Below, piece after piece: positions 1-10,756 of a stretch of DNA of 64,000 nucleotides (positions are counted from its first letter, which is position 1; every line of letters begins with the position of its first letter). The notes below the pieces were generated by a model, which saw only the letters and a program-made list of their open reading frames with translations, had not been told where the DNA came from and did not search any database. The stretch is taken from NCBI GenBank assembly GCA_054600435.1, contig BAAIJX010000006.1:620001-684000 (forward strand), read 5' to 3'. The position numbers and the translations under genes are program-made. The stretch is from Neophaeotheca triangularis. Lineage: Eukaryota.

Positions 1-505
1 CTGGAGCAGAGTGCAAGGCAATAGGTGGCTTGTGGCTAAGATGTTTGGCGTTCTTATGGTATTTTTCCTCATTTGGGTTTTGGTCGCTGGCTGAGGGCCA
101 GGCTTCCAGGATGCCGTCTTTTTGGATTCCCGCGTTCTGCGGAATGGGCTGGTAGCATGGCGCGTGGAGTTTGAAACTTTCTAGAATTGGAACATCGCAT
201 TGGGCAAAGAGCTGGTACTCGCAAGGAATTTCGGGCTACAGGATGAGACTTGGGTACAGGTACATAACACGCCCTCGAAGTGGGCACTATTAATCGTCTA
301 CAACAAGCACTTACGGTCGCCCCATCTCTCTGCATTTGCACTGTCGATCACTTCTGGATGTCTCGCCGTCGAGCTCCAACAAAAGCAAAAGCTCGAATCT
401 GAGACCTGCTCTCACTATCAGCATCCTGAGCCATACCACGACCTAAGACACAGGCAAACCAACTCACTGGACCCAACTTCCAGACATCACTTGACAGCGA
501 CCAGG

Positions 506-2364
506 ATGCACGAGACCGACCCACTACACGTCACTCATCCTCACTACCAGTCACACCTCACCTACCGCGACAATAGCAAGTCATGTGTATGGTTCTCCCC
601 TTTTGTTACCTCACATGCTGTTATTTGCCCTCAAAAACTCATGAACGCACTGCACAGATCTTACGAAATACAGAACCAGCGCAGCAAAAGCAAAAGCAAA
701 GGCATGCTCATACACAAAACACGGAGCAAGACCCAAGCCAAAGATATCGATTACGAAGTGAGGCCCGGGCTGCCGTTGAGGAAGCTTATGCGGCGAGCTA
801 TTCGAGACCTCACTCGACAATACTACACCCGGACCCCCGTGAACTGATTCTGCAGCGTGTGCGCCGCCGTCTACAGGTTACGATGAGAAATGATCGCTCA
901 CATGCATCAGTCGATTGGACAAACCCGGCATCTTATGAGCTAGAGGCTGTCGCCTTGGCTGCATCCGAGTCGAAGGAAGACGATGGAGGCGTCACCGAAC
1001 CCGATATGAATCACAGCGTGCCACCGACAGATGAAGGAAGAAGTGGCTCTTCGTGCGATGTCTTCTACGATGCCGTTGGCGAAGCTTACCCGTCGGAAAC
1101 GCCCTTGATGCCGACGCGACCAGATGGCTGCACCTGCCTCGAGGAAGCGATGCCGCTCTACCCAAAAGGGATCGACCCGTTCGCTCAGTGGTATCGAGAG
1201 AACTACGAGCGACGCATCCGAGAGATGCAAAAGATGAAACGCTACGGCGTCCTTATCCCGACTCCACCTGGAACTCCTCACTCGGAGGATGGTGCAGCTC
1301 TGCCGTCATCTGTGCGGGAGGCATCAGCGCTCAATGACGATAAAATGGAAGCGCCTATTCAAGATCCTCAGCAGGAAATCAAGACTCGGCCTACAGTACC
1401 CTCGCCAACCTCCTCAACTCCAGCGATCGCCCATCAAAACGCTCTCCTGAACTCCTCAAGCCCCCTGACCGTACAAACCAACCAAACAACCCCTTCTTCC
1501 TCCCCAAACCTCGATGCAGCCTGGCGCATTCGCCGACCACGTAAACTCAACACCATGCCAGCGACCCGATTCAATCCCTCCAACGGCACCGAACCCATTT
1601 TAGACCCTCAACCCGCCCTTTCAAGCCTACACTTTCCCCGCACTCCTCGTGCCACACCGCCCAGCCCAGCTTCTAAACACCCCAAGTCCCTCCTCGACCC
1701 CCCTAGCACATCGTCTACGAGCAACAGACTCGATCTCTCCGAATTCCTCGCTGCAGCCCCCGAACCCACGATGGCGCAGCAGCGCCCAATGTTACCAACC
1801 ACGTTCACAGCCACCCCTCTCAACAGCTACAGCGGTGTGGATCGAAGCAATCCAAGCGTCGTCGGGAATGGTTCAGCGGCTTCGGTGGGGAGGAGGGAGA
1901 AGCCTCTACCCCAACTTCCCAGACGCAGGGGTAGGAGGGGTTTTGGGACGGCAGTTGCGATGGCGCTGGAGAGGCAGGCGGAAGCTTTTATCGCTGCTAG
2001 CGGGGGTCGGGGACGGCTGGGAGCTGCGATGGGGGCCGACTGGGCCCGAAAAAAGATGGGGGTTGGTCGTGGCGATATTCCTGGTGGTGAGGATGCTGGT
2101 GGCGATTTGGGAGCGGGCAGTCTCGCTGGCTTGGGGGTGGTGGCTGGTGCGGATGGAGAGAGGGGGTCGGGGGATTGTGAGGAGGGAGTTGAGGTGAGTG
2201 TGGGGGAAGAGATGGTCGTGCGTAGCTGGTGGGGTTTGCAGGCCCTGGGTGCGCTGGATGAGGTGCGTGAGGGCATTGGAGCGGCGAATAAGATGAGCGA
2301 GCTTCAGGCTGGTGGGAGATTGGGGGTAAGTGGGAAGTGGAGGCGTGATGCTAGGACAGGCTGA
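506..2364 (+). CDS. Hypothetical low-complexity (Pro/Ser-rich, then Gly-rich) protein; probable exons 506-586 and 658-2364
   Basis: Long ORF 583-2364. An ATG at 506 joins it in frame through a GTATGG...CAG intron (587-657). No recognisable domain. Confidence 0.5.
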
Positions 2365-2556
2365 GAGGGGTAAAGTGCTGCGTGCTTGACTTTTGAGGTT
2401 CTGGTGAAATCCCATTTGGATTTGTTTACCTGTGCGGAGTCGAGGACACGACGGCTTGGACGCTCCAGGGTGACGTCGGTTTCTTCCTTCTGGTATGTGC
2501 ACAGACTTCAAGATTCGAACCTCTATATATATCAATTCTCAATCTAACAGTGTCTT

Positions 2557-4543
2557 CTACCCTGCTATGCGCCATGCACGCATGGGTAATGTCTGCAGCT
2601 TGAGGGCTGCGGGCTTGATATAGCCCCAGAATGTCACGATGCCTATCAGCACGCAGATGATGTTGACGATGTAGTAGCCTAGGAATCAGTTAGAATACGT
2701 ATTTTGTACAGTTAGGCCCGGCTTCGTGAGCTTACCGTCTCGCTCTATCGTGCAAGTCCCTCCGCCATCTATGCAGCGGTGCTTCTCAGCTTCCAGCACG
2801 CAGGAGAAGGATTGCGTGATCAAGTCGCCTTTGAGCAGGCTTGTGTCTTTCGGTGGCGAGGAAGGAGGGAAGCAGGTTGCGACTGTGAAGGCATCGACGA
2901 ATTTAAGGATGAAGAAGCGTGGGAATGTGCCGCCCAGATTGGAGACGCTGGTTTTTGAGCGGTCAGTATCATACAGAGAACAGTGTAGTTGGTTCGGGGG
3001 AACTCACGTAGCCAAAAGCGTCATGTACGTGCCACCAATTAGTGGATCGGCAATCTTTGCGTGGAAGGCGGAGATCGCTACGAACATGACTGTCGACATG
3101 AAGGTCGAGAAGACGTGTTCCACAATCACAACAAGAAGATATGTTGTGGTCGTGCCGCCAGCTGGGAAGGACATGACCACTACTTGGGCAAAGGCTGCCG
3201 CTAAAAGCCTGCCCACAAAGGCCCAACACCAGACGGTGATCGGTTTATACTGCTCGCTCCATTTGCCGGCGTAGTATCCAAGACTGATCTCAAAGGGAAA
3301 GTCGATGAGTACGGTCAATGCGAGATCTTCCTGGCTGAAACCCTTGTCGAGGAGCTTGAGGTTGGTGACTGCATCGTTCGCTTGGAACCCGATCTTGGCG
3401 ATGAGGTGGATGATGATGAAGGTTTGAATATTCTTCAAGTTCAGGATACCGCCCATGGTCTTGTAGACATCCCAGATGCCGTCGCGTTCCTTGGTCTTCT
3501 CTTCCGTCTTCATAAGGGCCAACCCGAGGGTCACTGCGAGGTATGCCCAGCCCCAAAATGTGAGGTAAGAGTTGAGGGTCATAAGACCCTCCGCTTGAGG
3601 CGATGCGCGGAAATACTTGTTGGCAAAATCCGGGCTAGAAAGTGCAAGGAAGACCGTGTACGACAGAAATTGACCAGCGGTAAGCCCAACTGTCTGCGCG
3701 GTGGAAGCGTAGGAAAGGTTCGATGGTGACAGCAACGTCAGTGCCCAGCCATCCACGGCGATATCTTGTGTAGCACACATGAACACCAGAGCGAACCACC
3801 ATCCAGTGAAACCCCAGACACCCGCACCTCCATTCTCCCCCGCCTTGGCCATCATCTCTTGCGCCATGCTTCCCAGCCATATCATCCCAAACCCACTAAG
3901 CGTCTGTATCGGCAGAATCCAGCTCTTTCTCCTTCCCACCCTCGTACTCCACACAGCATCTACAATGGGACTCCATAGCAACTTCAAGCTGTACGGATAG
4001 CTCGCCAGGCTGTACACGCCAATCTGCCCATAACTGAGATAGCTCTTGAGCAAGAACGGCACACTTCCTCCCGCCAGACCCATAGGTATGCCCTGTAAGA
4101 AGTACAGCAACACCAGCAGCAAGAAATTCCGTCTGTCCTGTTCTGGCAGTTCGAAGAAACCTTTACTGCTCGCCTCTCCCTCCTTGGGCGCTGTCAAAGG
4201 CGGAGGCATATCCAAGCTGAAACTGCTACGTCCCATCAATCTTCCCGCGCGGACAGAAGAGTCCGCGGGTGTGTCCGCCGAGGCATGTTTGCCCGCTCGC
4301 TCGCGAAAGGAGCCATTCATGCTTCCTTCTGAGGCTGGCGAACCGTTGGTCTGCTGTCGGTTTCGCGGGTAGGGCGAGCGGGACTTGCTCTTGCGCATCG
4401 ACATGTGTAAAGGTCGGCTCTCGTCGTTGGATGGATCGAAATCGGAGTCGGAGGAGTAGGCGAAAGGGTCGTCTTGGCCGGTATTGGTGGTGTTGTCAAG
4501 GTCCGTGTCTAGAGTTAGTAGCTCGCCGCTGTCGCCTCTTCGT

Positions 4544-4578
<35 letters not shown>

Positions 4579-4794
4579 CTTGTTCTTGTTCTTGTGAGGG
4601 TCTTGACTGTTGTCGGTCTCGAAATCTTGCAGCTCGTGGATTTCTCCTTCACTCGCGCGTCGATCTACACGAGTATGCTGCTCCAGCTCTTCCCGACTTC
4701 TGGCTTGATGAGTGGGTAAGACGGGGGCGATGGAGCTTCCAGCGAGAGCGGGTGGCACACGAAAGTGGTTACTAGTAGGCAGAGAGTCGCCCAT
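2557..4794 (-). CDS. Acetyl-CoA transporter 1 (AT-1/SLC33A1 family, MFS)
   Basis: Motifs LLYFLQGIPMGL, YPYSLKLLWSPIVD, ATQDIAVDGWAL and GGTYMTLLAT|VSNLGGTFP. Two 3' introns (about 2949-3007 and about 2679-2735). Last exon ends RAWRIAG*. Confidence 0.9.
4543..4595. repeat. Coding (AAC)n/(AAGAAC)n microsatellite encoding a poly-Asn tract in the AT-1 N-terminus
   Basis: Tandem gtt repeats seen directly. Confidence 0.9.
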
Positions 4795-5306
4795 CCATGT
4801 GAAAAGAACGGGGGTGGGGGACGGGATGCTAGAACGATAACGATATTGTTGTTGCCCCTCACAAGATAGCCAGTCTAAAAGCGTAGTTAGTTACCAGCTA
4901 CCTCCTTAGCTACCAGTAGATGATGCCCCGTTGTCCTTTTGCCGCATCCGCCAACTTACTAGTACCTTTGAGGTAAGCTTTCATATGTAACGTTAACATG
5001 CAGGTACAGGACAGGACAGCTGGCTGATGAGAGATGACGGGATCATCAGGCTGGAAATGGAACAAGCCCCTTGATCACCGACGACATTCGACATTATTAT
5101 TATTCTTTACCTATTATTATGTACTCTTCTTAACGATCAACATTGCCGTCTTTACGATTGGTGTATTAGTAGTTACCACATATCACGGCCCGGACCCGTG
5201 ACGAACACACATGGCGACGCAGACAGGATCTGAATAGAGGCAACATCGCATCGCTCTCTATTTTATCATCTGCACACATGAATATGCCGCAATACAGATC
5301 ACCCAG

Positions 5307-6983
5307 TCACCCAGCAGCATAACCACTCTTCACCCTCAATCTCGCCCCATACTTCCACAACAAAAACGGCGCCGGAATCCCCAAAACCACTCCAGCAAAC
5401 CCTAACACACTATTCCCCCACCCATAACCCAAGGCATCGTACAAGCCGGGCGCGAACAAGGGAAAAGTAAATCCCCCCAACGATCGCAAAACCATCGTAG
5501 CCGCGATGCCACTCGCCGCGAAACGAGTATACGAGTCGACAATGTAAGTCTGACAGCACTGGAAGACCATCTGTTGGCCCGCGGCGAAGATGGCGGCGCC
5601 GATGTTCGGCACGACCCAGTGGGTGCGGTATTCGGCGCTCCAGCCGTAGAGGAACAGACCTATAGGTACGAGCGCTGTGCCGGGCATCATTAGAGGTACG
5701 CGGAATTCCGGGCGCCCTGTGTCTTGGTGTCTGGCTTTGAGCCGTTTGTAAACACGGTCGTTGATGTGAGCGGCTATTTGAGCGCCGAGGAAAAATCCCA
5801 CGCCGAGAGATATGTAGTTCAGCCCGCCTGTGCCGGCGTTTTGGTTGTAGACGGTTGTCCAGAGGACCGGAAAGGAGGCGAAGACGAGATAGAGAACGCC
5901 GTAGAGGTAGCCGATGTATAGGGCTAGAATCTGTACGATTGGTTGTGTGGAAATCATTATGAAGGGCCGGCTGAGCGCTATGCCTAGTGTTGAACGAAAG
6001 GTTCGGTTCGGGGTGTCGAATTCAGTGAACAAGTCTCGGTTTCCCGTTGCTTCGATGAGTTTATGCTTCTTTCGCTTCAAGATCTCGGGTGCATAGGTCT
6101 CTTTGAGGTAGAAGAGGCCAAAGGCTTGTATGACCATGGCAGCTATGCAAGTGCTCCAAAAGACCCAACGCCATGTGGTGTATTGAACAATGTAGCCCCC
6201 AGCAATTGGTCCAACGGCTGGGCCTAGCAGTGGCATGAGCGCGTAGTAGCCCATTGCTTTACCACGTTCCTGTGGCAGCCAGATATCTGCAATTACGCCG
6301 CCGCCGACACCAAGCGGTGCGCTTCCTCCTAGACCGGAGAGGAAGCGGAAGGCGATCAGTTGTCCTAGGTTTTGTGAAAAGCCGCACGCCAAGTTGAAAG
6401 CGAAATAGAACAGATTACTCAATTGGAAAATGATGCGGCGACCGAACAGCTCAGATAGAGGGCCTAGAAAGAGTGGTCCAAAGGCAAAGGCGAGGACAAA
6501 CGTACTCAGAGCGAGCTGTACGGTAGCATCACTGCCGATTTCAAAATCACTTTGAATTTGTTGTAGGCCTGGTGCGATCATAGAACTCGACACGGGCGAA
6601 ATGAACACAAACAGAGATACAACGCCCGTAACGGCCCATTTCTTCCTTTTCGACCAGTTCTTGGGATTCTGAGGGTCGTCAGCCCCGTCGAAGGTGACTA
6701 GGTTAGAATCTTTCTCTTTCTCGCGGTCGTTAGATGGTGACTTCTGAAGACCACTTGCTAAGGACGTTTCCACTTTCGGCTCGCCTGGTCCCTTTTCAAG
6801 GCTCGAATCCGTCCGGTTGTCGCGAATTTCCCGTGCCATGGGAGGTTCTCGTTCAGTCCCGGCATCACATCCCAGAATAGGTGTTTCAGTTTCCAGGCCA
6901 GTATTTACAGTCGGTTGAGAGCCTCCACTAGATGCTGTTCGCACGCTGGGAGTGATGGACTGTCTTCTCGGGGTCTCCACCAT
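5307..6983 (-). CDS. MFS drug:H+ antiporter (DHA1 family)
   Basis: Motifs DDPQNPKNW, GPLSELFGRR, FRFLSGLGGS and GRPEFR; about 12 TM segments; intronless. Start is uncertain (ORF extends to 7100). Confidence 0.9.
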   Translation of the reverse strand: MVETPRRQSITPSVRTASSGGSQPTVNTGLETETPILGCDAGTEREPPMAREIRDNRTDSSLEKGPGEPKVETSLASGLQKSPSNDREKEKDSNLVTFDGADDPQNPKNWSKRKKWAVTGVVSLFVFISPVSSSMIAPGLQQIQSDFEIGSDATVQLALSTFVLAFAFGPLFLGPLSELFGRRIIFQLSNLFYFAFNLACGFSQNLGQLIAFRFLSGLGGSAPLGVGGGVIADIWLPQERGKAMGYYALMPLLGPAVGPIAGGYIVQYTTWRWVFWSTCIAAMVIQAFGLFYLKETYAPEILKRKKHKLIEATGNRDLFTEFDTPNRTFRSTLGIALSRPFIMISTQPIVQILALYIGYLYGVLYLVFASFPVLWTTVYNQNAGTGGLNYISLGVGFFLGAQIAAHINDRVYKRLKARHQDTGRPEFRVPLMMPGTALVPIGLFLYGWSAEYRTHWVVPNIGAAIFAAGQQMVFQCCQTYIVDSYTRFAASGIAATMVLRSLGGFTFPLFAPGLYDALGYGWGNSVLGFAGVVLGIPAPFLLWKYGARLRVKSGYAAG

Positions 6984-7683
6984 GTTGGTCTCAAAAGGAA
7001 CCACGATCTGGGTCACTGTATGACGGACGTGGGAAACGATGGCAAGAGCGACCACCGCGATCAAGGCAGCTTGTATCAAATATAGACGGGAAGATAGCAT
7101 AGAAGAGGAAGTCCGCCTACCATACCATTAGTCGTGCCAATGTCTGTACTTACATCGTCCCAACAAACCGGAATGGCCGTGTCGACTGTCCGAGCAAGAC
7201 AGTACTTCTCGCAGCACGGCCAACCGTAAGCTAGTCGATCGAGGGATGCAAAGCATGGTTGACAACATTGGCAGTTAGGGAGAGGGTGGGGGTGGGGTGC
7301 CGGGGACATCGTACTACAAGGAATTATTGTCCGAGCGGGAAATCGTCCACGATCATCTACAGTCAAGGAAGGACCCTACCTCTAGAAAGTGTTAGACCCT
7401 CAATACTGACCATGGTCGATACGGTCTCTAGATGAAGAGCGATTGAAGTTCCAAGGTGCCCGATTTCCAAGGTTATAGTTGAAGCTGATGAGATGTTGAT
7501 GTGGTGACGTCCACGGGTCGCGCTTAGTAAAGCTTCCTGGTTGTGCTAACGTGGCTAACGCCGACGAGTCAATCTCAAACAATTCACAAAAAGACCAAAG
7601 AGCCTCAAAAATTTGCTTCCAAGGCCTTAAAGTGAGATAACCGACTCAATGGTAACTCAGATGGAGAAAAAGAAGCAGAAACC

Positions 7684-7699
7684 AAAAAGATGAACAAAA
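7684..7699 (-). terminator. Possible Pol III-type oligo-T terminator downstream of the tRNA-Pro gene
   Basis: T4 (7699-7696) and T5 (7688-7684) on the minus strand, 25-40 nt after the discriminator base. Confidence 0.4.
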
Positions 7700-7723
7700 G
7701 TAACTAGCTCTGGAGCTGAATTG

Positions 7724-7950
7724 GGGTCGGGCCGGGATTCGAACTGGGTTGGAGTTAGACATTGATAAGGTACGTTCCAGAATACATTTCATGCTTACCC
7801 CGGGGCCTCTCGCATTGATGCTCACATGGAATGTGAACCCGGACTCAGAGTGTACCCTAAGCGAGAATCATACCACTAGACCTGTGAAGCGGAAGTCAGT
7901 ACTGAGTCCGTTTGGGAGATGTTCCGCTCGGGGAGACATACCACTCGACC
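7724..7950 (-). tRNA. tRNA-Pro(AGG) gene in four exons (7950-7942, 7881-7855, 7814-7799, 7743-7724) with two spliceosomal-type introns (7941-7882, 7798-7744) and one canonical 37/38 intron (7854-7815)
   Basis: Joined exons give GGTCGAGTGGTCTAGTGGTATGATTCTCGCTTAGGGTGCGAGAGGCCCCGGGTTCGAATCCCGGCCCGACCC (72 nt). Acceptor stem GGTCGAG/CCCGACC, anticodon stem CTCGC/GCGAG, anticodon AGG, T stem CCGGG/CCCGG, T loop TTCGAAT. Confidence 0.9.
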
Positions 7951-8585
7951 ACATTTTCTGGACAACCCACTTGTGTGAGATGATGATGTAAGCGAAAAGC
8001 ATTACAAAATATATCAATACACATCAAAGTGAAGACGAGATAGCGTCGCTGCACGCCTAAGGCCCCGGCGTCAATAGAAACTGTTTTCGTCAGAAACCTC
8101 CCCGAGACTCTCTCTATCTTACTCGACTTGGAAGGATCGCCCTCTCCAAATTCAGAAAGTCTCACACTATAGTCGAAAAGCGTACGATGTAATTGATAAC
8201 TTTCCGACCGCGACCTTGCTAGATGGCCGACCCTACGCGCAGATTCTGCTAGCATTCTGGTGTTCTGTACAAGCCACAGGTCTGGGCATCACCTGTGGAA
8301 AACATGCTCCTCGGCGTCCAAACAGGAGGATCTTGTAGGGACGACAGTGATCGAGGTGTGCGGTTGAGTCACCCTGCGCCGCTATCTTATAATGCGCAGG
8401 GAAGTATTACGATTGAATGGCCACTGCAGTACTGGGTCTTTGAAAGAACTACTAGATGGTGTTCGAGCATCGCAGAGGGAAAAGGTGTCTAGCCTCAACG
8501 TGACGACCCTTACACTACCCTGATTTTGCTGGCCATTGTTGTCGTAGCTCAATTGCACTGTCTCTTCATTTTGGCCACTTCCCGA

Positions 8586-10373
8586 TCACCCCGCAACCAC
8601 CTCCTCAACATTCTTCCCAGCGAGCTCCCGCATCTCCGCCACGATATCTTTACTTTCCTGCCCCGACTTCAAGAGCTCCTTCCACCCCTCAAGCTTCTTG
8701 ACCGCCTCAGAGTGCCCTCCCACGGCAGCATACAGCTTGATCATCCTCGTCGTATCCTTCCCAGAACTCATGTACAACCCATCCGTCTCCCTCGCAAGCA
8801 ACACCCAAATCAGATTCTGCAAGACGTCCGAACCTCGCTTCATCTTCCGCAAGACCTGCAGACGTTGCTCGAGAAGCCGGTTTTTCGTCTGTGCAAGCGT
8901 ATCGGAGCTCGGGGCTTCCACCTTAAGCTTCTTCGCGCACTTCTGCACAGACATCAAGATCGATGACAGTGTCTTCGCTTCGTCGCAAGCTTGCGACATC
9001 TTGTCGACCTCCCTTGCTCGCGTCTTGTCCTTGAGTAAACCTTCGTTTTTGGCGGTTTTCAGAATCTCAGGTAAGTATTCCCGGCGGAAGTAGTCGCCAA
9101 TAAATTCTTCGAGATGCTGCTTCAGAGTGGAATCCGATGCTGTTGCCACGCCACGGGCATATGCCTCGACGGGGCTGATGATTTTCTCGTGGAAAAAGGT
9201 GATGAAGCGGAGACGGTCCTCCTCGGCAAGGTCCTGAATGCGGGAGTCGAAGGTTTGGGATATTCCCTGGCGGTAGCTTGTATCGAGGAGTAGCCTGTAA
9301 AGCTCGATGTCGGCCTCCTCTGCAGCAAGCGTTTCTACCTCCTTTCCGGCTCGGTGGTCAAAAGACGGCACTGGGGCCCCGCGTTCGCGTGCAGTCCAGG
9401 CATTCAACGCTGACTTTGACATCAGAGATTCGAGTTCTGTTATCGCAGCTTCAATGGCACTCTTTTGGGCAAGTAGAGTTGATTCGCCGCTCGAGATCGA
9501 TTCGACGTCGACTTCGAGGGCCTGTATTTCTTCAATCAAGTCTTGGACAGTCTTGTCCGCATCTTCTAATTTCTTCGAGTACGTGCTAGGCTCAATCGCA
9601 ACGTATCCCTGAGACTGCAGTTTCGAAGTAAGATCGTTCACCAGTGAATTGTACGTCTCGATTCGGTCAGCTCGTTGCGCGTGAGCGTACGCAGATGGCG
9701 TGAAAGTGACAACGCCATTGATCTGGTCTATAGCGCCCTCCAGAGTTTCGTCCCTAGCGAGCAAGTCCTTCGCCATCTTTGCAATCTTCGATGAAGAAAG
9801 ACCCCTGTTAAAGCGATCAAGCTCGCACCGCTGGTCGTTAGCATTCCGCATAGCATTCGCTATATCATCCTGAACTCGACCATGAAGATTCTTCTGGCAG
9901 ACATGCTTCTTGCTGCCGTCTGTCTGCACATCCATCAACTCCCTGCCTTGCGCTCTCCAGGCTTCGGTAAGGCTATCCAAGGAAACAATGTCGATATCCT
10001 TCTTGGTAGCGAACTGCTCAAGGTCGACCACTCGGTCTCCAGCGACAGTCCAAAGTTCATCGAAGATCTCTTCCGCCAAAGCGGAAGGTATGATTTGGTC
10101 GTTCCTGGCATAATTGAAGTAAATCGGACACGACACCAAGCCCAGGAGACGGTCAGCGCCTTGAACGCCAAGTTCATGGTCAAGCTCTCGAATACTAAGG
10201 CGGTTTGAATTCTCTGCTAATCGTTTCTCTAGGCGTCCCACGATGGCTCCAGACTGTACCAAGTGTTCGCCAGAGAAGCTACGTAAAAGTGTCGGCTTTT
10301 CTTTGGTAAGAGACGGTGGAGGGAAAGTTTGGAGCAGCGCAGCGACATCTTCATCCGTCCAGATGAGCGCCAT
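8586..10373 (-). CDS. Hypothetical helical protein, possibly a divergent UFL1 (E3 UFM1 ligase)-like protein
   Basis: 595-aa intronless ORF with natural composition. The UFL1 resemblance is by eye only. Confidence 0.75.
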   Translation of the reverse strand: MALIWTDEDVAALLQTFPPPSLTKEKPTLLRSFSGEHLVQSGAIVGRLEKRLAENSNRLSIRELDHELGVQGADRLLGLVSCPIYFNYARNDQIIPSALAEEIFDELWTVAGDRVVDLEQFATKKDIDIVSLDSLTEAWRAQGRELMDVQTDGSKKHVCQKNLHGRVQDDIANAMRNANDQRCELDRFNRGLSSSKIAKMAKDLLARDETLEGAIDQINGVVTFTPSAYAHAQRADRIETYNSLVNDLTSKLQSQGYVAIEPSTYSKKLEDADKTVQDLIEEIQALEVDVESISSGESTLLAQKSAIEAAITELESLMSKSALNAWTARERGAPVPSFDHRAGKEVETLAAEEADIELYRLLLDTSYRQGISQTFDSRIQDLAEEDRLRFITFFHEKIISPVEAYARGVATASDSTLKQHLEEFIGDYFRREYLPEILKTAKNEGLLKDKTRAREVDKMSQACDEAKTLSSILMSVQKCAKKLKVEAPSSDTLAQTKNRLLEQRLQVLRKMKRGSDVLQNLIWVLLARETDGLYMSSGKDTTRMIKLYAAVGGHSEAVKKLEGWKELLKSGQESKDIVAEMRELAGKNVEEVVAG

Positions 10374-10756
10374 CTTTGCAGCTTATAAGCCAGAGAAGTA
10401 GGAAGTCAGCTCTTTGATTCGTAGATGTGGCAAGCAAATTCCGTAAGAGCTCAAGTTGATAAGAGGCGAGCGGAAATGAGATCGGGATTCTTGTGAGGGT
10501 AAAACAATGCTGTAATTTTCGTCTTACAGCCGATCCTTGTCTCCTAGGTGCTTGCTCATGGGTGTAGGTTGTATCAAAGGAAGTGTCGGGCAGTAGCCAA
10601 AAGTTCGGATGAAGTCTCAAGGCTTTGGTCTTGGCCCCCACGCTCGGATCTTGACTTCATGGAGGTTGCTGCTGCACGTACGAACATCCACATCGACGAA
10701 TCATTCCACTACATACCTCCATAAGCCCTTCTCACACGTCTCCTCCTTCGCCCAGA

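Noticed and set aside
2505..2525. GGTTCGAATC B-box-like motif on the minus strand; a similar one lies at about 55724 on the plus strand
   Set aside because: No surrounding cloverleaf or other tRNA exons found.
7815..7855. The tRNA anticodon-loop intron as a third spliceosomal intron (GTACAC at its 5' side)
   Set aside because: No 3' AG or branch site at the required boundary; it fits the ordinary 37/38 TSEN position.
7749..8255. Short ORFs overlapping the tRNA locus
   Set aside because: No recognisable protein features; the sequence is explained by the tRNA exons and introns.
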